Part shown: piece by piece, positions 37,222 to 45,516 of the stretch
How positions within the stretch are numbered: the first letter of the stretch is position 1
How the letters are laid out: each line of letters opens with the position of its first letter
Virus record (IMG/VR): IMGVR_UViG_2541047712_000002
Strand: one strand, 5' to 3'
Source: a virus
Lineage: Duplodnaviria > Heunggongvirae > Uroviricota > Caudoviricetes
Length of the DNA stretch: 64,000 nucleotides
Notes under the pieces: model-generated
Seen by the model: only the letters and a program-made list of their open reading frames with translations
What the model was told of the DNA's origin: nothing
The model's database searches: none
Made by a program: the position numbers and the translations under genes

Positions 37222-40200
37222 CTTCTCACTTGGGGAGTCGGCTCTAAAAGCAGAAAACGCGGTGAAGATTGCCAGAGAAGCTGGCTACACCGCTGTAATT
37301 TCAGCAGATAGCATGAATATTGCGAGTGTTATTCCACTACAACGTGCCGCTGGTGACGACATGGCGGTTATTTGTGGTGTGAAACTAAATATCGTTGATG
37401 ATCCCACATACGAGCACCGGGCTAAACTTGCTAAAGAATCTATGAGATGTATGGAATCATTAGAGCGGGGACGTAACTACTCGTTTACCGCTCTAATTAA
37501 AAATGAGCAAGGATATCGCGACATCTGCGAACTAATGACGGTGGCCAACACACGAGAACAGTTCTACTTTGTACCGCGTCTCTCGCTCGAACAGTTGGTT
37601 TCTACATATGCCAAAGGCAACATCATCCTGCTCACTTCCGACATCGGTAGCGTGTTCCAACGCAACGATTTTGCAAAAATCATAAGCTCACTGATTACAG
37701 CGGGCGGGAAAGACAACTTCTATAGCGTGGTTTATCCGCACCCTACCCCATTCTACGACCAGATTAACGTCCGAGCGATGAAAGTAGCCAGCGCACTGAA
37801 AATAGAGCCAGTAGCGTTCTATCCCGCTTATTACGAATCGATCGACGATGCAGACATTAAAGACATTGCGCACATGGTTACGAACAACATAAAAATCGAC
37901 CAGCCGCATCGTCTGCGTATCCCCCACCAGCGAGATAACGCCATCAATGGTCGTCGCCATCTCCTTGAGGCGCTTAAAGCCTTCTCCGTTCGCATGGATG
38001 TGCCGGTAACAGCTGCAATGGCCTCAACAACGCAGGACTCCATTATCGATGCCTGCACATGGCGCTGGCATGAATTGCCACCAGCACTGCCCAAGATGGC
38101 AGACGACGAACCTGCAACGCTGATGAAACTGGCTGTTGCAGGGCTGCGTAAACGTCTTACCACAAAAGAGTTTGGATACACACCACCTGCTTCTGAGAAC
38201 AGGGTTTATGTTGAGCGGCTAAAGTACGAAATGAACACGCTGACTCGCCTGGGATTTTGTGGTTACTTCCTGATGGTACGCGATCTGATGAATCACAGCC
38301 GTGAAACTGGCATTCCTGTCGGGCCTGGTCGTGGTTCCTCTGCCGGTTCTCTGGTGGCGTGGTGCATAGGCATAACCAACGTCGACCCAATCCGTCACGG
38401 TCTTCTGTTTGAGCGTTTCATCAACCCTGAGCGTCTCGACTTGCCGGATGCGGACTTGGACTTCAGCCAGGCACGTCGCCATGAGGTGATCGAGTATCTG
38501 AATGAACGCTACGGCGAAGATTACGTTGCAGGCATTCCGAACTTCACCTACCTGGGCGCAGCCTCTGCACTACGTGACACCGCTCGTATTTATGGTGTGG
38601 AGTCCGCAGATATGGCGGTATCAAAAGAACTGAAGAACGTCGAGGATGATAGCCTTCCATTGGAAGAGCTGCGCGAACAACTGGCAAGTCTCGACAAATA
38701 CGCAACAAAATATCCTGATGCATTCAATGCAGCCTGCAAGTTACAAAGCCTTATGCGTGGCTTTGGTAGACATGCGGCAGGGATGATTGTAGCAGGTGTT
38801 CCTCTGACAGAACGTACACCGGTTGAGCGCCGTGGTGACGCGCGTTGTATCGCATTTGACAAGCGTTACTGCGAGGCTATGGGCCTAATTAAGCTGGACG
38901 TGCTTGGCCTGGCAACTCTCGATTTGCTCGATAGTGCAAAACGCTACATAAAAGAGAACACAGGTGAAGATATCAATCTTGATGCCATTTCTCTTGAAGA
39001 TCGCAAGGTGCTGGATGGTTTTGCTGCAGGGTATACACAGGGCGTATTCCAGCTGGAGTCCGGCCCCATGCGCAAGCTGCTTAAAGATCTAGGCGGTGGC
39101 ATTGAGCCAATGAGCTTTAAAACCGTTGTCGCCACGACCGCACTCTTCCGACCTGGCCCGATCCAATCCGGCATGTTGGACGACTATGTTTCTGTCGCCA
39201 AAGGCTTTATGACGCCGGAATCATTACACCCCGTTCTTGATGAACTTACCGCGGAAACAAATGGCGTGATTCTCTATCAGGAACAGACGATGAACGCGAC
39301 TCGATTGCTTGCCGGCTTCACAATGGCTGAAGCTGACGGTGTGCGTTCCGCAATCGGTAAGAAGAACATGGAAAAAATGAAGAGCATGGGCGAGAAGTTC
39401 ATCGTTCAGGCTCAAGCTGGCTGGATAGACGTTGAGCTGGAAGATGGCACTACACAGCGCATTCACCGTGCGGAACATTTTAAATGCGAAGACGGAACTC
39501 TGAAAACTGTCGAAGAGGCACTTGAGCACGGCGCAAAACTACCTATAAACGCAGTACGCGTTACAGCGTCACATCCAGGGCTATCAGAGATGAAAGCGAA
39601 GGAGATCTGGACCGCATTCGAAAAAAATGGTGCCTACCAGTTCAATAAATCACACTCCGTTGCTTATTCTTTAATCAGTTATCAGTCTATGTGGCTAAAG
39701 ACGCACTACCCTGCTGAGTTCTTCGCAGCTGCGCTCACCATTCTGGGCGAGGATAAGCATCAGGGGCTGGTGAAGGATGCGCTGACCTATGGCATTCGCG
39801 TATTGCCACCAGACGTTAATGTGTCATCTAACCGAATTGAGATCCGCACACTCGAAGACGGCAGTCAGGCACTGTATGCGCCATTCTCTGCTGTGAAAGG
39901 CTGTTCTGAAAATGGTTGTCAGGCAATTATGCGTGCGCGTGAGAAAGTTGGTGGCAAATTCGAGTCAGTGGCACAATTCGATGAAGCGGTCGAGAAGCGT
40001 GCATGTAACAGTCGTGTACGCGAGTCGCTTCATAAAGTAGGGGCTTTTGCGTCAATTGAGCCAGGCAGTCTGCCAGCAACTGATCCTGAACGACTGCGCG
40101 ACCAGGCTGAGCTGATGGGCAATCTCATCATTGACGCTGTTAAAGCATCACGTCCGTTCGAAATGAATCCTAAGCGTTCTGCCGAAATCAACGTACTCAT

Positions 40201-40714
40201 GACACGTATGGCGGCTGAAATGGGCTTGGGTGAGGAGTTGATACGCCCGACTATTGGTATTAAACCCAAAATCATGATCATTCTGGACAATGCGAACGGC
40301 AATGACGCTCGTACCGGCTACTTCATGGAGAACGGATACGACGACTTTAAGGCAAAACTACTGACAGTTGGAGATCTGCGCATGGGCGATCTTTATGTCA
40401 CGGGTGTTTGTAAGAAGGTTAAGGACAAAGAGAAAGACTATACCAAAGACGAGATAGGCCAGTTCACAGACTTTATGCGGGAAGAAATTAATCTTGTACG
40501 ACCAACCTACATTTTGACGTGTGGTAGTCGTTCAACCGCACTATTTAACAATAAGAGTAAACCATCAGATCTGATTGGTCGTAAGGAGTACTTCCCAGAG
40601 CTTGATGCAACCGTCTTCTACGGATTTAACCCGAATATCCTGTACTTCCGACCGGAAGAAGGAGAGCGACTGGAGGCCATTCTGGCTGATATCGCGGAGA
40701 CAATAAATAAGTAA
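37196..40714 (+). CDS. dnaE: DNA polymerase III alpha subunit-like replicative polymerase (DnaE-type, PHP domain)
   Basis: 1172-aa ORF; PHP N-terminus, catalytic region LPDADLDFSQARRHEVIEY and GPGRGSSAGSLVAWCIGIT resembling DnaE palm motifs. Confidence 0.7.
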   Translation: MKALMVRTDFSLGESALKAENAVKIAREAGYTAVISADSMNIASVIPLQRAAGDDMAVICGVKLNIVDDPTYEHRAKLAKESMRCMESLERGRNYSFTALIKNEQGYRDICELMTVANTREQFYFVPRLSLEQLVSTYAKGNIILLTSDIGSVFQRNDFAKIISSLITAGGKDNFYSVVYPHPTPFYDQINVRAMKVASALKIEPVAFYPAYYESIDDADIKDIAHMVTNNIKIDQPHRLRIPHQRDNAINGRRHLLEALKAFSVRMDVPVTAAMASTTQDSIIDACTWRWHELPPALPKMADDEPATLMKLAVAGLRKRLTTKEFGYTPPASENRVYVERLKYEMNTLTRLGFCGYFLMVRDLMNHSRETGIPVGPGRGSSAGSLVAWCIGITNVDPIRHGLLFERFINPERLDLPDADLDFSQARRHEVIEYLNERYGEDYVAGIPNFTYLGAASALRDTARIYGVESADMAVSKELKNVEDDSLPLEELREQLASLDKYATKYPDAFNAACKLQSLMRGFGRHAAGMIVAGVPLTERTPVERRGDARCIAFDKRYCEAMGLIKLDVLGLATLDLLDSAKRYIKENTGEDINLDAISLEDRKVLDGFAAGYTQGVFQLESGPMRKLLKDLGGGIEPMSFKTVVATTALFRPGPIQSGMLDDYVSVAKGFMTPESLHPVLDELTAETNGVILYQEQTMNATRLLAGFTMAEADGVRSAIGKKNMEKMKSMGEKFIVQAQAGWIDVELEDGTTQRIHRAEHFKCEDGTLKTVEEALEHGAKLPINAVRVTASHPGLSEMKAKEIWTAFEKNGAYQFNKSHSVAYSLISYQSMWLKTHYPAEFFAAALTILGEDKHQGLVKDALTYGIRVLPPDVNVSSNRIEIRTLEDGSQALYAPFSAVKGCSENGCQAIMRAREKVGGKFESVAQFDEAVEKRACNSRVRESLHKVGAFASIEPGSLPATDPERLRDQAELMGNLIIDAVKASRPFEMNPKRSAEINVLMTRMAAEMGLGEELIRPTIGIKPKIMIILDNANGNDARTGYFMENGYDDFKAKLLTVGDLRMGDLYVTGVCKKVKDKEKDYTKDEIGQFTDFMREEINLVRPTYILTCGSRSTALFNNKSKPSDLIGRKEYFPELDATVFYGFNPNILYFRPEEGERLEAILADIAETINK

Positions 40715-40720
40715 TAAAGA

Positions 40721-40743
40721 AAACCCGCCTGTTGGCGGGTTTA
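40721..40743 (+). terminator. rho-independent terminator after polymerase gene
   Basis: AAACCCGCC-TGTT-GGCGGGTTT followed by T-rich tract. Confidence 0.6.
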
Positions 40744-41017
40744 TAAAGAATTATGGCGCTTGTTGAGGAAGTCACTCCTCTTACGCACTTTGTTTTGCCA
40801 TGCCGGCAGTTAGCTTCTGCCTTTGACTATTCATGCGGCAACCCCGCATTTCGCCACAATGGGCAATTCACTTTTATGGAATAAACTGGCCGTTGTGTCG
40901 ATTTAATTAGCATGGCCTTACCATGCTAATTTATTCAACTTGTACAATCCTACAAATCTATCCACTCAGGCTTACACCGTCTTCGTTATTGTAGAAATGA
41001 GGATCATCAGCGTTGAA

Positions 41018-41233
41018 TCAGCTTAGAGCAACGACATTTGCTGCTGCTGGGCCTTTAGCACCATTCTCGATAGAGAATTCGACCTGCTGGCCTTCTTCCA
41101 AAGTGCGGAAATTATTACTCTGAATTGCCGAAAAATGTACAAAAACATCTTTACTGCCATCAGCAGGAGAAATAAAGCCAAAGCCTTTATCAGAGTTAAA
41201 CCATTTTACTAAACCAGTCATTTTATTAGACAT
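41018..41233 (-). CDS. cold-shock protein (CspA family)
   Basis: minus-strand ORF starting [21 protein letters not shown] (RNP1 KGFGFI) with RNP2-like VFVHFSAI; ~71 aa. Confidence 0.7.
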   Translation of the reverse strand: MSNKMTGLVKWFNSDKGFGFISPADGSKDVFVHFSAIQSNNFRTLEEGQQVEFSIENGAKGPAAANVVALS

Positions 41234-41562
41234 AGATATTACCTTCTTAATTTTGTGAGCCACATAGTGCGGCGAGAATTTGATCTGTATAGATTGGGAC
41301 TTACTTAGGCACTTAAGGAGGAGACTCACGAAGAAGGGAAATCAGAAGATAACACTGAACTGAGACTGCTTTACTAAAACTGCTTACATAAGGTCTGTCT
41401 TGCAAACCAACGATGCTATTAACGCATACCCCTTCTTTTCATGCAACCTTTATTTTTCAAAGATAACTAATTTTTGTCACCATTGGTTTAGTAAACGTTA
41501 ACGAACCAGACGATGCCAGACACCTTTACAGAGAACAGATGCCCGCCAATTGGCGGGCATCA

Positions 41563-42126
41563 TTATGCGCATTTCGCAATATCTTTGCGGCGTTTAATCA
41601 GTTTCTCCGCAATTTGCTCTATTTCGTTGAAATCTTTCGAGACGCTGTTTCGAAGCGCCAGATTCCATTTACTCAAAGTTCGGGCATTTTGGACAATTTG
41701 ATCGCCCTCTTTAAGTCGTCCGTTATTCATGAGCCATTCAGCCACATCAGCCCAATCCCAGAGAGGAGACTGGCCTTTTATGCGTTGTACAGGGCAAGGG
41801 AAGTCGCCGCTTCCGCGCTTACCGTCTTTGAGCAACGCCACTGCCTGGCGAGACAGGTCTGTCAGTTCCGCGATATCGCTTAAGCCCACAAGAGCCGAGT
41901 CGACGGATTCAACAATTGCACCGATACCGGCTGATTCAATATTATCGACCGCAGATGCGATAGCTGCATCAAGTGATTGTGCTTCGCGGTCAAATTCTAC
42001 ATAGACGGAGTTTCCATATGCGCAAATTAGCGCATCGTCACAGCCGTTTTGGTACAGCGCGTCTTCCAGTCCTTCCGTCTCATACGATACGCCTGAGAGC
42101 GTCAGAGTGAAGTTATAAAGCGCCAT
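41563..42126 (-). CDS. hypothetical protein, possibly DNA-binding
   Basis: minus-strand ORF, probable start MALYNFTLTLSG; C-terminal region resembles an HTH-like segment (SPLWDWADVAEWL). Confidence 0.3.
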   Translation of the reverse strand: MALYNFTLTLSGVSYETEGLEDALYQNGCDDALICAYGNSVYVEFDREAQSLDAAIASAVDNIESAGIGAIVESVDSALVGLSDIAELTDLSRQAVALLKDGKRGSGDFPCPVQRIKGQSPLWDWADVAEWLMNNGRLKEGDQIVQNARTLSKWNLALRNSVSKDFNEIEQIAEKLIKRRKDIAKCA

Positions 42127-42186
42127 AGTTTTCCTTTGAAGATAGTTGGACAGTTTCTGCAAAAGGCGGCTAATGCCGCCTTGAAA

Positions 42187-42411
42187 TCATTTACAACGAT
42201 CAACCATTCGTTTGATCTGTTTGGCATGGTTTTCGGGATTACCCGGAGTCGACCATACGCTCATTTGGTGAGTTTTGTGTTCACCTTCTGGATTACCGCA
42301 TCGCAGTCTGCAAAAACAATGTGCAGCACCACCAGCAGCTACCCAGATCCAGCCTTTACTTAATGCATAGTCAATGGCTGCTTGAATATGCTTATTCGGA
42401 TGTTGCTTCAT
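42187..42411 (-). CDS. small Cys/His-rich hypothetical protein
   Basis: 74-aa minus-strand ORF directly upstream of the previous gene; HCFCRLRCGNPEGEHKTHQ cluster. Confidence 0.3.
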   Translation of the reverse strand: MKQHPNKHIQAAIDYALSKGWIWVAAGGAAHCFCRLRCGNPEGEHKTHQMSVWSTPGNPENHAKQIKRMVDRCK

Positions 42412-42665
42412 TCGCCTCCGATAATAGTATTCTATTCACAGTGTTGACATCTGTCAACGGCGACTGAATTTCATCCGTTCATGCCACACCCCCATCCATC
42501 TCATGTATGTGACCTAAAGATGGTCAGCACAGCTTACCAAAATAAGACAACTAATTATCTTCGGTGATCTCAATATCTTCCCCTGAACAAAGTTGACATG
42601 ACGCCATAAACCCGTTCTCTGTTTGATATAATTGATACAGATTTTATAAGTAGGAACCTATTAGA

Positions 42666-43097
42666 GTGAACACTGATATTTTTTCTAAAATCATGGCCGA
42701 TCTGGAGTTCGACCGCGACAACCTTGAGGAAGTATGGCGTAAACAGCCACGGCTTTTAATGGAGTATGGGTCAAAACTAGCGCAGGCAGATCGAGATGTC
42801 GCAGAGGCAAAACTTAACCTTGAAGCTGTTGAAGCAAAGCTATACGACACAGAGCGTAAGAACTTGAGTATGAACGGCATTAAGTTCAACGAGTCTGTAC
42901 TGGACGCTAAGGTTAAAACAAACCCACAGTATCTGTCTAAACGGCAGAAGTTGGATGAAGCACGGCACATCGCAGACATATACAAACATGCTGTCGCCGC
43001 CTTTTCGCATCGCCGAGACATGATCGTTCAGGCGTCAAAGATGGCCATCGTTGAATTAGAGCGATTAGGCTCTGAACGCTTTATTACTCCCCGTTGA
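42666..43097 (+). CDS. hypothetical protein (possible recombination mediator by position)
   Basis: 143-aa helical ORF immediately upstream of SSB, flap endonuclease and RecA genes; function by context only. Confidence 0.3.
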   Translation: MNTDIFSKIMADLEFDRDNLEEVWRKQPRLLMEYGSKLAQADRDVAEAKLNLEAVEAKLYDTERKNLSMNGIKFNESVLDAKVKTNPQYLSKRQKLDEARHIADIYKHAVAAFSHRRDMIVQASKMAIVELERLGSERFITPR

Positions 43098-43214
43098 TTT
43101 TTGATAGATAATAAGTAAGTACTGATCTATCATTTAACAGCTCGAAAGAGCCACGAATGAACGAAAGCCCAACGCGCATAGCGCCATCGGCCAAATCACA
43201 ACAAGGAGAAACAC

Positions 43215-44243
43215 ATGTCTAAGACATTACTTGATTTGCTTAACAAAACTCGTGAAGACATTGCCGCCAAACGTGGTAACAACGTTGATCTGACTCGCTT
43301 AAAAGACGGCGTCAACTATATCCGCATCTTCCCGAATAAAGACGACCCAAACGGTAAGTTCTTCCAGACTTTCGGTATGCACTACGTTAAGTATCAGAAC
43401 GAGGAAGGTAAAGAAGCAACCAACGCTTATATTTGTGAGCAACATACTCACGGTCGCGCTTGTCAGCTATGCGAAATGGTGATGGAAGGTCGCGCTCGTC
43501 ACAAGGGTAACAAAGCAATGGAAGAACGCATCGGTCAAATGCGTGCCACTCCTCGCTACCTGGTCAACGGCATTCTTTCTGCTCGTGAGGATTTCGCAGA
43601 TGCTGAGAAATGCCAGTTAATCGAGCTGCCGTCTACTGTATTCGATGATATCTGCAAAGCAATCACCGAAGACATCGCTGATGATATCGGCAATCCACTG
43701 AGCAAAGAGGAAGGCTACGCATTCCTGATTAAACGTACTGGCTCTGGTCGCGATACCAAATATGACGTCTCGCCTAAGCGTAAAGTCTACAAAGGCGATA
43801 TCGAAGATAAATTCTGGAACACCCAGCATGATCTGATCGCATACGCAAATCAGGCTGATGAAACTCGTCTTCTGTCGACAGTTCGCACTATGGGTCGTCT
43901 GATTGGCATCGCTGCACCAACTGCCGCAGCATCTGCACCAGCAATTTCCTCAACCGCGAAAACATCGGCTGCGGCACTACCTGGATTTGGCTCTGTCACT
44001 GGTCATACAGAAGGAGCGACGGCTGTAGCAACCGCGCACACACCGGCTTCTGAACCAACCAGTCTGGTTGATGAAGAAATCCTCCGTGCCGTTGAAACTG
44101 AATTTAAACCAGAGGCAAGTTCCGCTGCCGTTGCCGTATCAGTCAAAGAGTCTGAAGCAGTCGCAGCGACATCTGTAGCAACCGCATCTGCGACGGAAGA
44201 TGAAGGTCTGGATGACCTACTGAGAGAGCTGGACTCTCTGTAA
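43215..44243 (+). CDS. single-stranded DNA-binding protein (T4 gp32-like)
   Basis: 342-aa ORF; putative Zn-binding cluster YICEQHTHGRACQLCEM; acidic C-terminal tail (EDEGLDDLLRELDSL); Ala/Ser-rich linker. Confidence 0.55.
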   Translation: MSKTLLDLLNKTREDIAAKRGNNVDLTRLKDGVNYIRIFPNKDDPNGKFFQTFGMHYVKYQNEEGKEATNAYICEQHTHGRACQLCEMVMEGRARHKGNKAMEERIGQMRATPRYLVNGILSAREDFADAEKCQLIELPSTVFDDICKAITEDIADDIGNPLSKEEGYAFLIKRTGSGRDTKYDVSPKRKVYKGDIEDKFWNTQHDLIAYANQADETRLLSTVRTMGRLIGIAAPTAAASAPAISSTAKTSAAALPGFGSVTGHTEGATAVATAHTPASEPTSLVDEEILRAVETEFKPEASSAAVAVSVKESEAVAATSVATASATEDEGLDDLLRELDSL

Positions 44244-44252
44244 TCCCATTAC

Positions 44253-45248
44253 GTGACCAGTAAGGCGTCTACGGACGCCTTACTTTTTGGAAGGAATGTA
44301 CCGGTGAATTATCTCTTCGTAGATGGCAATAGCCTGGGTTATTACCACCAACAATCTGACAAATTGCACAACGGCGAAATGGAAGTACAGGCTGCTTTCG
44401 GCTTTGTTAAGAACGTCCGTCGTTATGCCTCCATCCTCCATGTCCGACCTATGATTCTTTGGGATGGATTTAGTGACAAGCGTCGCGACTTTTACCCGGA
44501 CTACAAAGCAAATCGCGACGACGATCCTGATATGAAAAAGATGAAGGAAGGCTTTGCTATCCAGAAGCCATACATCCTCAAAATGATGACCGCGCTTGGA
44601 GTTACCCAACTCATTGCAAAAGATGCAGAAGCGGATGATCTGGCCGGGCTGCTGGTATCCCGCATGGCACCGCAGCCAACCGTTGAACACATCTATCTGT
44701 TAACAGGCGATAGCGACTGGCTTCAGTTAGTTCGTGAAAACGTAAGCTGGGTAAGCCTGCGTGAAGACGCCAAAAACAAGCAGGTTAATTTTGAGCAATT
44801 TGCGGAGCTGACAGGATTCGCCACGCCTCGCTCATTTTTGGAAGCAAAAGCATTACAAGGCGATAAATCGGACAACATTAGCGGTGTTGGTGGCATTGGT
44901 GCTGGCGGTGCGAAAGAGCTGCTGCATGAATGGGGAAGTGTCGCAACGATGGTACGCGGCATCAACGACGGCTCAATCGTGGTTGACAAAGGACGCCATA
45001 AGACCGCCTTCAACAAACTAGCGAAGAATGCCTTCAACGAGAAAACAGGCTGTCGAATGCTCGAAGCGTTCAAGAGAAACATCACGCTAATGAACCTGAT
45101 TGAGACGAAGTTTCCGCCTACCGAAATCGAAACAATCAAAGGCAATCGTGACGTGAAAGCATTCGAGCAACTGTGCTACGAGCTGAATTTCCGTTCGTTC
45201 CTTGAAGACCTTGAAGTGTTTGTTCTTCCATTCGAAAGGTATTGCTAA
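44253..45248 (+). CDS. 5'-3' exonuclease / flap endonuclease (RNase H-like)
   Basis: N-terminal LFVDGNSLGYY and helix-3-turn-helix motif GDKSDNISGVGGIGAGGAKELL; start may be internal GTG. Confidence 0.55.
   Translation: MTSKASTDALLFGRNVPVNYLFVDGNSLGYYHQQSDKLHNGEMEVQAAFGFVKNVRRYASILHVRPMILWDGFSDKRRDFYPDYKANRDDDPDMKKMKEGFAIQKPYILKMMTALGVTQLIAKDAEADDLAGLLVSRMAPQPTVEHIYLLTGDSDWLQLVRENVSWVSLREDAKNKQVNFEQFAELTGFATPRSFLEAKALQGDKSDNISGVGGIGAGGAKELLHEWGSVATMVRGINDGSIVVDKGRHKTAFNKLAKNAFNEKTGCRMLEAFKRNITLMNLIETKFPPTEIETIKGNRDVKAFEQLCYELNFRSFLEDLEVFVLPFERYC
44260..44289 (+). terminator. hairpin after SSB gene
   Basis: TAAGGCGTCT-ACG-GACGCCTTA followed by CTTTTT. Confidence 0.5.
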
Positions 45249-45514
45249 TGCTTAAATCGATTATTAATGGCGCTACAACCACCCCTACCCAACTGGCAAA
45301 AGAGATTGTCTTTTATCACGGTGAGTACGCTGTCATCGCACTGCCGTCAATTCTAGGCGCTGCCGGAATGAAAGCGACAGATCGCGAGTTTGGATTAGTC
45401 AGCGAGCAGGTCGTAAAAATCCTCGCTCGTGTATCCAGACTCCTTAACCACGATGCGATTGTATTCGACGAATCCGCCGCTTTAAAACGAATCAACGAAA
45501 CAAAAGGAGCCTGA
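45242..45514 (+). CDS. hypothetical protein
   Basis: 90-aa ORF between flap endonuclease and recA. Confidence 0.3.
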   Translation: MLMLKSIINGATTTPTQLAKEIVFYHGEYAVIALPSILGAAGMKATDREFGLVSEQVVKILARVSRLLNHDAIVFDESAALKRINETKGA

Positions 45515-45516
45515 TC

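Noticed and set aside
41513-42004. Plus-strand ORFs 41513-41701, 41539-41883, 41729-42004
   Set aside because: Overlap the better-supported minus-strand ORF 41563-42126; Ser/Arg-rich low-complexity translations.
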